Assembly: GCA_965227295.1 (NCBI GenBank)
Contig: OZ245742.1
Coordinates: 2,560,001 to 2,624,000 of the forward strand
Length of the DNA stretch: 64,000 nucleotides
Source: Leptonemataceae bacterium
GTDB taxonomy: Bacteria; Spirochaetota; Leptospiria; Leptospirales; Leptonemataceae
Direction: 5' to 3'
Below the pieces are notes generated by a model, which ran no database searches, was not told the DNA's origin, and saw nothing but the letters and a program-made list of their open reading frames with translations. Below, piece by piece: positions 37,983-48,132 of the stretch (the stretch's first letter is position 1; the number at the start of each line of letters is the position of its first letter). The position numbers and the translations under genes are program-made.

Positions 37983-39134
37983 ATGAAAGAACCGCCGATT
38001 CCTGAAACCGAAAACCAACGCGTGGCCGCGCTGCAGCGCTACGACATCCTTGATTCAGAATCCGAACAGGTCTTCGATGAACTCACTGAACTCGCTTCAA
38101 AAATCTGCGACGCGCCCATCGGTCTCATCTCTTTGATCGACTCCGGCCGACAGTGGTTTAAGGCGAACGTCGGTCTCGACGGTGCCACCGAAACACCGCG
38201 GGAGCAGGCCTTCTGCGCGCACGCCATCAATGAAGACGAAACGTTCATTGTACCCGACGCCACGCAGGACGATCGTTTTTCGGACAACCCTCTGGTTACG
38301 GGAAGCCCGGACATTCGCTTCTATGCTGGTCAGCAGTTGACCACGTCGGACGGTCACAACATCGGCACGTTGTGCGTGATCGACAAAAAGCCGCGGGATC
38401 TGGACGACTTTCAAAAAGAAGCGTTGCGCATTCTCGGGGCGCAGGTCATGTCGCAAATCGAACTCCGGCGCAACTTAAAAGAGATGTCCATCATCAATCG
38501 CCGGGCCCTGGCCCTGGAAACGATTCTGCGGCGTTATACATCGAAGAGCATCTGGGAGCGCGCCGACATCAGCGTCACCCTGGGCGAAGTGGACCTGGAA
38601 GATGAAAAACTCGATTCCGCCGTCATGTTCATCGACGTGGTGTCGTTTACGAGTTTCGCCGAGGGGAACGACGCCGACGAGGTCATCGGCGTGTTGAACA
38701 TTTACTTCGATCCCATTGTCGAGATCACCGTCAACCACGGCGGCGACGTCGATAAGTTCGTCGGCGATCAGGTGTTCTGTGTCTTTCCCGACGCCGACCA
38801 GGCCGTGAAGGCCGCCCTGGAAATCCGGCGTCGCGTTCGCAATCTGAACGATCGCCGCAAGGCCTTCGGTGAGCACTGCTTTGAAGTGCGCACCGGTACG
38901 AACTACGGCCCGGTAATTCGCGGCTCCGTCGGCGCCGAGATGCGCCGGGATAACACACTCATCGGCGATACCGTAAACACGGCGGCCCGCCTGGAGAAGG
39001 CCTGCGAACCGGGGAACGTTCTCATCGCGGACAACCTTTACCGGGCCTGCAAAAATCCGCCGCCGCTCGCGCGCACGTTGCGGTTTCAGGTTCGGGGCAA
39101 AGAAGAGATCATAAAAGCTCACTACCCGCAGTGA
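37983..39134 (+). CDS. GAF domain class III adenylate/guanylate cyclase
   Basis: RQWFKA...FCAHAI...IRFYAG GAF; FIDVVSFT, DKFVGD, GDTVNTAARLE. Confidence 0.92.
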   Translation: MKEPPIPETENQRVAALQRYDILDSESEQVFDELTELASKICDAPIGLISLIDSGRQWFKANVGLDGATETPREQAFCAHAINEDETFIVPDATQDDRFSDNPLVTGSPDIRFYAGQQLTTSDGHNIGTLCVIDKKPRDLDDFQKEALRILGAQVMSQIELRRNLKEMSIINRRALALETILRRYTSKSIWERADISVTLGEVDLEDEKLDSAVMFIDVVSFTSFAEGNDADEVIGVLNIYFDPIVEITVNHGGDVDKFVGDQVFCVFPDADQAVKAALEIRRRVRNLNDRRKAFGEHCFEVRTGTNYGPVIRGSVGAEMRRDNTLIGDTVNTAARLEKACEPGNVLIADNLYRACKNPPPLARTLRFQVRGKEEIIKAHYPQ

Positions 39135-39186
39135 AAAGCTTTCACTTGACGGCTTGATCCGGGCTGTATCAAATTCTGCGATTGTT

Positions 39187-40896
39187 ATGCGTTCTGCTGA
39201 TTTTCCCCCCGACGAACCCGAACGCCTGGAGCGACTCAAGTCGTACGATATCCTCGATACGCCGCCGGAAAAGGCCTTCGACGACGTTGTGGATCTTGCC
39301 GCGCACATTTGCGAGGTGCCCATCGCGCTGGTCTCCATCGTGGACCACAGTCGGCAGTGGTTCAAGGCGCGCCGCGGTCTGGATGTTTCCGAAACGGATC
39401 GAGACATTGCGTTTTGTCCGCACGCCATGCTGCAACGCGAAGGCGTTTTTGAGATCAGCGACGCGTTTCTGGACGATCGTTTCTCCGACAATCCCCTGGT
39501 AAGCGGCGATCCGAACATTCGTTTCTACGCCGGCGCGCCCCTGGTTTCGCCGGACGGCCATGCCCTGGGCACGGTGTGCGTCATCGACCGGCGGAGCCGC
39601 AAGCTCAGCGATAAACAAAAGGAACTGCTGCAAAAACTTTCGCGCCAGGTCGTGGCCCAACTGGAACTCCGGCGACACATTACGGCGGAAGCAACCATCA
39701 AAGAAGAACTGCGCCGATCCCGGGACGAAGCTCAAGCGGCGAGCCGGGCGAAGTCCGAATTCCTGGCCACCATGTCCCACGAGATTCGGACGCCCCTCAA
39801 TGCGGTCCTGGGCGTCGCGGATCTGCTGCGCGACAGCGGATTAAGTGATGAACAAATTAAGTTAGTAAACTTGCTTCAGCGTTCCGGTGAACACTTGCTG
39901 GAATTGATCAACGACGTGCTGGATATGACGCGCATCGAAGCGGGGCACGTGGAAAGATTGCGCCGGGACTTCGATCCGGCGGATCTCGTTCGCCGGGCGG
40001 CCGAGATTTACGAAATGCGCGCCCGGGAGGCCGGGCTGGATTTCTTCTGCACGGTGGGAGACAATGTGCCGGCGACGGTGTCCGGCGATCCCGGTCGGTT
40101 GCGCCAGGTGCTCATCAATCTCGTCGGCAATGCCATTAAGTTTACGAAGCACGGCGAGGTGCGCGTGGAACTGACGCTGGAACCGGGCAAGCCGGATCAG
40201 CTCATGTTTTCCGTTCGCGATACAGGGCCGGGCGTGAGCGAGGAGTTTCGCAAGAGCATCTTCGAGCCCTTTACCCGCGCCGATACCTCCAGCACGCGTT
40301 CCACACCGGGTACCGGTCTGGGGCTCGCCATCTCCCGGCGATTGGTGGAGTTGATGGGCGGGCGCGTCGACCTGGAGAGTCGAGAAGGAGCAGGTTCGCA
40401 TTTTTATTTTCGCGTACCGGCCCTGGAAGCCCTGGGCATACCGGCAAGCGTCGACAGCGAACGCGTGCCGAAAACGGAAGATGGGTCGCGGAATGTTCTC
40501 GAGGTCCTTGTGGTGGACGATAACCCGGACAACCTGATGCTCCTGGAAGCGTACTTGAAAGGCACGCGACACCGTTGCACCTACGTCTCCAATGCCGGAG
40601 AAGCCATCCGTGTGTTCGAGGACAAAGTAAACACCGGTACCTTCGACGTGGTGTTTATGGATATCCAGATGAGCGGCATGGACGGCCTGGACGCGACCCG
40701 GGAACTGCGACGCATTGAAGCGCAGCAATTGCTACAGGGCGGCGATCCCGGCGCGCGATCACACATCTTTGCGCTCACCGCCCACGCGTTCCGCGAGGAT
40801 ATTGAGCGCAGCCTGGAAGCCGGTTGCGATGCGCACATTACCAAACCGATTTCCCGTAACGACCTGTTGGACGCTCTGCGTTCCGCGGGTGGCTGA
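39187..40896 (+). CDS. GAF-containing hybrid sensor histidine kinase/receiver
   Basis: GAF; FLATMSHEIRTPLN; NLVGNAIKFT; DTGPG; GTGLGL; VDDN...MDIQM...TKP. Confidence 0.95.
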   Translation: MRSADFPPDEPERLERLKSYDILDTPPEKAFDDVVDLAAHICEVPIALVSIVDHSRQWFKARRGLDVSETDRDIAFCPHAMLQREGVFEISDAFLDDRFSDNPLVSGDPNIRFYAGAPLVSPDGHALGTVCVIDRRSRKLSDKQKELLQKLSRQVVAQLELRRHITAEATIKEELRRSRDEAQAASRAKSEFLATMSHEIRTPLNAVLGVADLLRDSGLSDEQIKLVNLLQRSGEHLLELINDVLDMTRIEAGHVERLRRDFDPADLVRRAAEIYEMRAREAGLDFFCTVGDNVPATVSGDPGRLRQVLINLVGNAIKFTKHGEVRVELTLEPGKPDQLMFSVRDTGPGVSEEFRKSIFEPFTRADTSSTRSTPGTGLGLAISRRLVELMGGRVDLESREGAGSHFYFRVPALEALGIPASVDSERVPKTEDGSRNVLEVLVVDDNPDNLMLLEAYLKGTRHRCTYVSNAGEAIRVFEDKVNTGTFDVVFMDIQMSGMDGLDATRELRRIEAQQLLQGGDPGARSHIFALTAHAFREDIERSLEAGCDAHITKPISRNDLLDALRSAGG

Positions 40897-41063
40897 GTCC
40901 TACGACAGAAGGGGTTCAGGCTCGTTCGGGAAGGTTTCCCCGAATTAGTAAACTTTCTTAAATAATGCTTGCACGTCTGAATATATGTTCCAGCATATCA
41001 AACGTTCCGGAGGCCGTTGCCGAGGGAATTACAATACAATCGAAATCATCACTACTCAGTGTG

Positions 41064-41438
41064 ATGAGTCGAAGGGAAGCAGTGTTGCAAGTTTTGGATC
41101 CAGTAGAAACCATTCACGCCGAAGATCACAGTCGCGTAGTTTTTTATGCGGCGCGCCTGGATCCTGCCAACAGTAACATCCTGGACCGGGAGCTGCGCAA
41201 CGCCCTGAAAGAGGGGCCGGCGCATTTGATCCTGGACATGGGCCGGGTGGCATACGCGGTCTCGCCGGCGGTGAACGTCATCCTCGAAGCCCACGAACGT
41301 TGCCGGCAGAACGGTCTGCATCTGGTGCTCATTCATCTTCAGCCGCCGGTGCGGCGTATTCTCAACCTTTCGGGATTGTCTTCCGTGTTGAGCGTGCGAG
41401 AGAATCTGGAAGAAGCGCTGCAGCTGATTCGCGCCTGA
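41064..41438 (+). CDS. STAS domain protein
   Basis: RLD, LILDMGRV.Y..S, VRRILNLSGL. Confidence 0.75.
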   Translation: MSRREAVLQVLDPVETIHAEDHSRVVFYAARLDPANSNILDRELRNALKEGPAHLILDMGRVAYAVSPAVNVILEAHERCRQNGLHLVLIHLQPPVRRILNLSGLSSVLSVRENLEEALQLIRA

Positions 41439-41448
41439 GGTTCATTAA

Positions 41449-43092
41449 TCATTCATTAACTTTTCTGTTCTTAAAGTTAAGAATGATTTTCGCGGAGCAG
41501 TGATCGGCCGTGGCGGCGATGCTGAGGGCGGGGTTCGCGCCCACCGGGCCGGGCATCACGGAGCCGTCGACGACGAACAGGCCGGAATAACCGAAGACCT
41601 CGCCGTAAACGTCCACCACGCCTTCTTCCGGGGAGCGGCCCATCACACAACCACCGAGCGGATGTACCGTGATCGTTCGCCCGAGAACGCCGACGGGGTT
41701 CGGCCGAAAGCGACCGCCCAACCGCGCCGCCAATCTGCGCATTACGTTCCGTAAATCCCGAAAGAAGCGGCGGGAAGAACGCGGTGACCAGTCCGAGCGA
41801 CACTTACCTTTCTTTAAGAACAATCTTCCGTCGGGAATATCCCGGCCCATGCCGAGCAACGGCAACATGGTGGCCGAAAAAGTCCCCCGGCCGAAGCTGT
41901 CGCCGACAACGGAGCCGAGGTTCGGACTCCGACTGAGACTGAAGATGCGTACCAGGTAACGACCGAAGAAGCGCAGCAGATTCCAGAGCGTCCACGAGCG
42001 ACTGCTGAGGAGGCCTTCGACGAAGAACGCCAGGAAGTTGGGCACGCCGGCGTCTTCCACGTACATCTTCTCGCCGCGGCGGTCCTTGCTTTGCACGACG
42101 CTCGTGATGACCGGTCCGTGATAGGCATCTAAGTTCTTTTGCGTAGATGTTACGAATCCCAGGAGATCACCGTTGCCGGCGAAGCGTTCGCCCAGGCGCG
42201 GGCTCAGGTTCGGGAAGTGTTCGCGATTTCTCAGGAGTAGATACGGCGAGGCCGGAGACCCCGCCGCCAGAATCAGTTGCCGGGTACGGAGCGTGTGCCG
42301 ATCCAGGTCCGTGCTGTGTACGGATTGATCCGCGCAGTGTTCGACGTACTCCACGGCGTAACCGTTCGCGTCCGGGCGCAGAGTGATCGCCTGGCAGAGC
42401 GGCCGAAGTTCCGCGCCGAGTTGCACTGCTCGCGAAAGCAGATTCAGGTCCAGGGTGTGCTTGCTGCCGTAGTTGCAACCGACATCGCACTCGCCGCACA
42501 GCCGGCAGGATTCGCGACGGACGCCGTGCAGGTTCGCCTGATTCTTCAAGGCCGTACCGATTTCCGGCCGCGCGTCCCGGGAATGACCGAAGGCGACGGC
42601 CAGGGGAGCGGCGATGTTTTCGAGGCCGGCCTCGGTCGCGGCCCGGCGCACGGCGACATGACGCGGAACATTGAAGCCCTGTATTTCTCCGGGGTACGTG
42701 CGAACTTCCAGAAGTTCTTCGATGCGTTCATAGTGAGGTTCCAGATCTGCGTAACTCAGCGGCCAGGGAAGTCCGTCCTCACGTACAAAGCTTGCCGGAT
42801 CTTTTCTTAAGAGGACGTTCGCGTACACTAGCGAGCCGCCGCCCACGCCCGCGGCGGTGAGTACGTCGATGTTGCGAAAGCTCCAGAGATTAAACAAACC
42901 CAGGCGCCCGCGGGAAGGATCAAAGACCGCGTCGCGAAACTCCCGGGGATAACGCGGGAACGATCCCGGCGGCCAGAGCGCGCCGCGTTCCAGGATGCAG
43001 ATGCGCAGGCCGGCCTCCGCCAGGTTATAGGCGGTGACGGCCCCGCCGAACCCGCTGCCGACAATGACGGCGTCGTAGTCGAAGTCCGGCAT
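41449..43092 (-). CDS. GMC oxidoreductase, cholesterol-oxidase-like
   Basis: IVGSGFGGAV, GVGGGSLVYANV, CxxCGECDVGC, TVHPLGGC, GANPALSIAA.A. Confidence 0.88.
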   Translation of the reverse strand: MPDFDYDAVIVGSGFGGAVTAYNLAEAGLRICILERGALWPPGSFPRYPREFRDAVFDPSRGRLGLFNLWSFRNIDVLTAAGVGGGSLVYANVLLRKDPASFVREDGLPWPLSYADLEPHYERIEELLEVRTYPGEIQGFNVPRHVAVRRAATEAGLENIAAPLAVAFGHSRDARPEIGTALKNQANLHGVRRESCRLCGECDVGCNYGSKHTLDLNLLSRAVQLGAELRPLCQAITLRPDANGYAVEYVEHCADQSVHSTDLDRHTLRTRQLILAAGSPASPYLLLRNREHFPNLSPRLGERFAGNGDLLGFVTSTQKNLDAYHGPVITSVVQSKDRRGEKMYVEDAGVPNFLAFFVEGLLSSRSWTLWNLLRFFGRYLVRIFSLSRSPNLGSVVGDSFGRGTFSATMLPLLGMGRDIPDGRLFLKKGKCRSDWSPRSSRRFFRDLRNVMRRLAARLGGRFRPNPVGVLGRTITVHPLGGCVMGRSPEEGVVDVYGEVFGYSGLFVVDGSVMPGPVGANPALSIAATADHCSAKIILNFKNRKVNE

Positions 43093-43143
43093 AGGGATCA
43101 TAGTTCAAAGGAAAAGCGCAATTATGGATAGCAGAAAAATCGT

Positions 43144-44724
43144 ATGCTGAAAGATCTTAGCGCCGTGCGATTTCTTTCAGAGAGTGTGGATGCCGCCGGT
43201 TTCGGTCTGGAAGGCCGACGGGTTCCGCATGCGCGTTTTGCCGTCCATGCCGCGGACGCCTTTGCACGAACCAGCGGGGCGAGCGCCGTGGCCGTTTGCT
43301 GCGGAAAGTACGAAGCGCTTCAGGCACTCGCCGCTCTGGCGAGCGCCTTCGGAGACGGCATTGCGGTGCACCTGGTCTGCGCGTTGCAGCCGACCGACGT
43401 TCCGGCCGTTCGGAGGGCGGCCGGGGCATTGGCCGGCCGCGTCTACGACAGAGACGGCCTGCATCCCGGCGTGCCGGGTTCGCCCGTCCGCGTGAGCCTG
43501 GCCGTCCACCCCGAAGAGCTCCGCGCCTTCGTCGAAGAACCTTTCCGTGTGGAAGCTGCGCCGTATTCGCAATGCCCGGCGTTGCGCTTAAGTTCTCGCG
43601 AGCGTGTGTTAATCGTATGCGGGCGCAGCGCGCTGTTGCGAACGGATCCCCGGGAGCTTCGGGGGGTGGCGGAGTCGCTCTCGGCGCCGGTGTTACTCGG
43701 TGCCGCGGCCGCCGCTGCTTCGCCGCAGTGCCTTGAACGCTACCGCACGGCGTTTCACGGAAGCGATCTATTAATTCCCGCGGGAGGGATCTTCTGGACC
43801 CTGGCGTTGTACGAGGCCGACGTGCTCTTCGTGCTCGGCGATAAACTTACAGAGAGTGAAGGTTACGGATTGCACGACTTCCCGTTGGTACGGGGGCGCG
43901 TGATCGAACTGGAGCTGGATCAACTAAGAGCGGTGGCCGGGAGTTCTCCGCGTCGGCGCAGATTCGCGAAACGACTGGCGCGGCGACAGGAACGGATGAT
44001 TGCCGGTATTCGCAAAGAAGCGGAGCGTGCGCAAACGAAACGGCCTCTGGATCCGCTGTATGTGGCGCAGGCCGCTTTCGATCGGGCGCCGGAGGATACG
44101 ATCTTCGTAGCCGAGGGCAACGGCACCGGTATGTTTCAGTGGTCGGTGAATCAGCAGTTGCGGCCCGTGATCTATCCGGTGCGCATGGCGACCATCGGTT
44201 TGCTGCTGCCGTATGCCGCCGGCGTCCATGCGGCAAACCGCGGGCCGGTCTGGTGCTTCGCCGGCGACGGGTCTTTGCGTTACGAGCCGGAGTTGCTCGG
44301 AGAACTCGCGCGCCGGAAGGTGCGCTGTGTGATCCTGGTCTTTCGCAACGCGGCCTGGGACAGCATTCGCCTCGAACAGACGTTTGTGTTGCGCGGGCGA
44401 TATCCGGGTACGGAGTTGCGCGAGCAAGATTACGCGGGTTTCGCGGAACAACACGGCTGCGCGGCGATGCGCGTGGGGGATCATGCGCAACTGGAAGCGG
44501 CGCTGAGCCGGGCCGCGCTTCACGACGAGGGCCGCCCCCTCTTGATCGACATCCACGTTCGCAAGGATCAGATTCCCGTTGCGGGCCTTACCTGGGCCCT
44601 GGCGGAGCTGGACTACATTCTTGCCGCGGTACCGAAGTGGCACGTTCTGTTAAGTTTTATGCGGGCAATCTTAAGACGCCGGTTGCCCCTGCGCATCTTG
44701 CGTTTGCTGTGGAGGTCGGTATGA
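43144..44724 (+). CDS. ThDP-dependent enzyme large subunit (degenerate PYR domain, intact PP domain)
   Basis: GDGS...N ThDP-binding motif in the C-terminal third; N-terminal ADAFARTSG remnant lacking the usual Glu. Confidence 0.7.
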   Translation: MLKDLSAVRFLSESVDAAGFGLEGRRVPHARFAVHAADAFARTSGASAVAVCCGKYEALQALAALASAFGDGIAVHLVCALQPTDVPAVRRAAGALAGRVYDRDGLHPGVPGSPVRVSLAVHPEELRAFVEEPFRVEAAPYSQCPALRLSSRERVLIVCGRSALLRTDPRELRGVAESLSAPVLLGAAAAAASPQCLERYRTAFHGSDLLIPAGGIFWTLALYEADVLFVLGDKLTESEGYGLHDFPLVRGRVIELELDQLRAVAGSSPRRRRFAKRLARRQERMIAGIRKEAERAQTKRPLDPLYVAQAAFDRAPEDTIFVAEGNGTGMFQWSVNQQLRPVIYPVRMATIGLLLPYAAGVHAANRGPVWCFAGDGSLRYEPELLGELARRKVRCVILVFRNAAWDSIRLEQTFVLRGRYPGTELREQDYAGFAEQHGCAAMRVGDHAQLEAALSRAALHDEGRPLLIDIHVRKDQIPVAGLTWALAELDYILAAVPKWHVLLSFMRAILRRRLPLRILRLLWRSV

Positions 44725-45239
44725 TGTCGCCCTTTCGAAGCCGTGGTGCCGAACGATTGTTGCGCATCCTGAAGCAGCACGATCTTACGCGCATCTATTC
44801 CATTCCCGGCGCGCAGGTCCTTTCGATCTGGGATGCGATGCAGGCCGACACGACCATGCAGTTGATCGTGCCGCGCAGCGAGTGGGCCGGCGTGCGGGAG
44901 GCCGCGGATCATGCCCGGGCGGCGGGACGTGCGGCGGTGGTCTTGAATACCGTGGGTGTCGGTGTGGTGAACGAACTGCCGGAGATCAGTCGCGCCCTGG
45001 ACGAGGGCGTGCCCGTCTTTTGTTTGAGTCCGGCGCAACCGCCGTTCAAGCGCGTACGCATTGACGGCGTTTTTCAGGGACTGCGGCAGGCGGAAATCCT
45101 GGGGCCGTTTTGTAAGGCGACGTTCTTGATCGATTCGCTGGAAGACGCGGAGGCGGTTGTTGCCGAAGCAATTGCGGTGATGTACGCGGATCGTCCGGGA
45201 CCGGTGCGCGTGGAGGTCGAGTTCCCGCTGTTGTTCTAA
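44721..45239 (+). CDS. Stand-alone ThDP enzyme N-terminal (PYR) domain
   Basis: IYSIPG, VPRSEWAG (catalytic Glu position), G.GVVN, RPGPV.VE.P; ATGA overlap with the upstream gene. Confidence 0.75.
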   Translation: MMSPFRSRGAERLLRILKQHDLTRIYSIPGAQVLSIWDAMQADTTMQLIVPRSEWAGVREAADHARAAGRAAVVLNTVGVGVVNELPEISRALDEGVPVFCLSPAQPPFKRVRIDGVFQGLRQAEILGPFCKATFLIDSLEDAEAVVAEAIAVMYADRPGPVRVEVEFPLLF

Positions 45240-45994
45240 CGACGTAACTCCGCGACGATCGCCGGTAAGATCTCCGCGACATCCGCTTCGATCTTCACGG
45301 TTGCCTGATCATCCACGAGGGTGGGACCTTTGTTGAACACGAGCAGTCGGCCGCCGTTTTGCAGGCAGCGCAGCGGCAGTTCGTTTACGGGGAAGACTTC
45401 CAGAGAACTGCCGACGACGATCATCACCTCCGCCCGGCCGGCGGCATCGTGCGCACCGTGCAAGACTTCCAGCGGCAACACCTCGCCGAACAAAACGACG
45501 TCCGGTTTTAGAACGCCGCCGCAGCCGCTCCGTTCGCACTTCGGTACCGCGCCGCGTTGCACGACCGGCAGTAACAGGCTGCCCGGATACGAGGCCCCGC
45601 AGTTCACGCAGCTTGCCGTGCGCGTGTGGCCGTGGACCGGAAGCACGTCCCTGGCCCCGGCCGCCTCGTGCAGGCCGTCGATGTTCTGCGTAACTATCTC
45701 CCGGAGTAAGCTAAGGTCCTGGAGTTCGGAGAGCGCCCGATGCGCCGGATTCGGCAGGGCCGCCCCGGTGCTTTCCAGCAGCGGGCGCAGCCAATCGTAA
45801 AAACGCTCCGGATGTTCGTGAAACGATGCGATGGACGCGACCTCCATGGGATCGTACTTTTCCCACAGGCCGCTGCCGGGAGAGCGGAAGTCCGGGATGC
45901 CGCTGGGCACGCTGATGCCGGCGCCGGTCAGGGCCACGGAATACTTTGAAGCGCGGAGGATGTCCGCGGCCCGGACGATCTGAGCGGCGACCAT
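45236..45994 (-). CDS. cobB: NAD-dependent deacylase (sirtuin)
   Basis: GAGISVPSGIPDFR, TQNIDGLH, HG, Zn CxxC pairs, VGSSL.V.P. Confidence 0.93.
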   Translation of the reverse strand: MVAAQIVRAADILRASKYSVALTGAGISVPSGIPDFRSPGSGLWEKYDPMEVASIASFHEHPERFYDWLRPLLESTGAALPNPAHRALSELQDLSLLREIVTQNIDGLHEAAGARDVLPVHGHTRTASCVNCGASYPGSLLLPVVQRGAVPKCERSGCGGVLKPDVVLFGEVLPLEVLHGAHDAAGRAEVMIVVGSSLEVFPVNELPLRCLQNGGRLLVFNKGPTLVDDQATVKIEADVAEILPAIVAELRR

Positions 45995-46089
45995 GATCTA
46001 CCGTTTGCCTTCGTAGCAGTCCCGCCAATATCTTTTTTGATGCGCGGTCCACTGCCGAAATTACTTCTCCGTATGGTGAAACTTTCGAG

Positions 46090-46117
46090 TTGACGATCAT
46101 TCGCATCTTACTAACTT
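46090..46117 (+). promoter_or_regulatory. Putative sigma70 promoter of the ilvB leader
   Basis: TTGACG-N16-TAACTT. Confidence 0.5.
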
Positions 46118-46129
46118 CGCCTCAATCTC

Positions 46130-46285
46130 ATGCGCGCTCTCACGCACAATACCCTTGAGCAGTCGTTCGCCGGTCTCCTGCACTGGCTAACCGGCGTCGT
46201 AGTGTACGTCGTCAATGTGATGATGGTGGTGGTCGTGGTAGTAGAGAACCACACGCCGATTTCACCGACCCCGGGTAATACGTAG
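46130..46285 (+). CDS. ilvB leader peptide (51 aa, 12 Val, 5 Leu)
   Basis: MRALTHNTLEQSFAGLLHWLTGVVVYVVNVMMVVVVVVENHTPISPTPGNT*. Confidence 0.8.
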   Translation: MRALTHNTLEQSFAGLLHWLTGVVVYVVNVMMVVVVVVENHTPISPTPGNT

Positions 46286-46308
46286 AGCGCAGCACAGCAA
46301 CATGCACG

Positions 46309-46343
46309 AAACCCCGTCCGGTGAAAACCTGGCGGGGTTTTTT
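46309..46343 (+). terminator. Attenuator terminator upstream of ilvB
   Basis: aaccccg...cggggtttttt hairpin with U-tract; rival pairing ttcaccg (46261-46267) / cggtgaa (46319-46325). Confidence 0.85.
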
Positions 46344-46377
46344 CGTTTATGAGCACCTCAAAACCTGGAGCCACCCA

Positions 46378-48132
46378 ATGAACGCAGACCAAGAGCCTGA
46401 CATACGAACCGATCGCGAAACGAGCGGGATGAACGGAGCGCAGTTCCTCGTGAAATTTCTGGAACGCCGGATTCGCGATGATGTGATCTTCGGTTACCCC
46501 GGCGGTGCCGCGCTGCCGATCTACGACGCCCTTTCTCGAAGCAGCATTCGGCACGTGCTCGTGCGTCACGAGCAGGGCGCCGCGTTTATGGCCCAGGGGC
46601 GGGCCCGCGTAACCGGCCGGGCCGCGCTTTGCCTCGCGAGTTCCGGTCCCGGCGTTACGAACTTGATCACCGGTGTGGCCGACGCCATGGCCGATTCGAT
46701 TCCCCTGGTCGTCGTCACGGCCCAGGTTTCCACCGCGCTCATCGGTACGGACGCCTTTCAGGAGATCGACGCTCACGGCCTGGCCCTGCCGATCACGAAG
46801 GCCTGCTTCGCCGTGCGTTCGACCGCCGATTTACTCGAAGCCGTACCCGCGGCCTTTGCCCTGGCCGAGGGTGGTCGGCCGGGTCCGGTGTGGATCGATC
46901 TGCCGAAAGACGTGCAGACGGCGGAAATCGCCCTGTCGCAAGCGCAGCGAGCGTTCGCTGAGTTAGCTTCAGTTAAAGTTAGCAGAGTGCAGGCTGATGG
47001 GACGGCCGCGAGACTTCGGGAAGCAGCCGCCCTGATCGCGACGGCGGAGCGGCCGGTCCTGTACGCCGGCGGCGGGGTGATCCATGCCGGGGCGAGCGAG
47101 GCCCTCCGTCGCCTGGCGCGCAGAAATTCCATTCCCGTTACCACGACGCTCATGGGCCTCGGCGCCTATCCGGCCGGGGACGAACTCTTTCTGGGCATGC
47201 CCGGCATGCACGGGGCGCGGTCGACGAACATGATCCTCGAAGAATGTGACGTGCTGATCGGCGTCGGCGTGCGCTTCGATGATCGCGCCACGGGTAAAGT
47301 GGCGGAGTTCTGTCCGGGGGCGAAGATCATCCACGCCGACATCGACGCCGCGGAGCCGGGCAAAATCAAACGCCCGGACATTGCTCTGGTCTGCGATGCG
47401 GGAGATTTTCTTAACATGTTAAATAGAGAAATCCCCGCGGACCGGCGACCGGGCTGGCGGGAACGGGTCCGCGCCTGGAAAGAGCGGGCCGCGTTACCGG
47501 TGCCGTCGGGCACGGATCTGCGTGATCCGGCTCGACTCCTGGGCAACATTGCAGCGGCCGTCGAAGCACGCGCGATCATAACGACGGATGTCGGTCAGCA
47601 TCAGATGTGGGCGGCGCAGTACTTCCCGTTCACGGAACCGCGCACCTGGCTGACCTCGGGCGGTCTGGGGACGATGGGCTTCGGGTTGCCGGCGGCGATC
47701 GGTGCGGCGACGGCCCGCCCGAATCGAACCGTCGTCTGCTTAAGTGGTGACGGATCGATCTTAATGAATCTACAGGAACTGGCGACGCTGCGCGACCTGG
47801 GCGCGAACGTGAAGATCGTGGTCTTCGACAACGGCGGCCTGGGCCTGGTGCGCCAGCAGCAGGAGCTGTTCTACGCGGAAAATTATTACGCCTCGCAATG
47901 GGAACCCGGCCCGCCGGATCTCTGTACGATTGCCCTCGGCTTCGGCATTCCGTCGCTGGACCTTCAGGAGTTCGACGATAGGGCGGCGGAGGTTCTGAAC
48001 GACGCGCTCACGAACCCCGGGCCGGTGTTGATCCGCGCGCCCATCTTCGCGGACGCGAACGTGTATCCGATGGTGCCGCCGGGCAAAGCGAATCGAGAGA
48101 TGATCGAGGGGCGCAGCGTGCCGGTGTTGTGA
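46378..48132 (+). CDS. ilvB: Acetolactate synthase large subunit
   Basis: FGYPGGA.LP.YD, RHEQGA, GPG.TN, RFDDR.TG, DVGQHQMW, SGGLGTMG, GDGS..MN.QEL; GGAG RBS. Confidence 0.95.
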   Translation: MNADQEPDIRTDRETSGMNGAQFLVKFLERRIRDDVIFGYPGGAALPIYDALSRSSIRHVLVRHEQGAAFMAQGRARVTGRAALCLASSGPGVTNLITGVADAMADSIPLVVVTAQVSTALIGTDAFQEIDAHGLALPITKACFAVRSTADLLEAVPAAFALAEGGRPGPVWIDLPKDVQTAEIALSQAQRAFAELASVKVSRVQADGTAARLREAAALIATAERPVLYAGGGVIHAGASEALRRLARRNSIPVTTTLMGLGAYPAGDELFLGMPGMHGARSTNMILEECDVLIGVGVRFDDRATGKVAEFCPGAKIIHADIDAAEPGKIKRPDIALVCDAGDFLNMLNREIPADRRPGWRERVRAWKERAALPVPSGTDLRDPARLLGNIAAAVEARAIITTDVGQHQMWAAQYFPFTEPRTWLTSGGLGTMGFGLPAAIGAATARPNRTVVCLSGDGSILMNLQELATLRDLGANVKIVVFDNGGLGLVRQQQELFYAENYYASQWEPGPPDLCTIALGFGIPSLDLQEFDDRAAEVLNDALTNPGPVLIRAPIFADANVYPMVPPGKANREMIEGRSVPVL

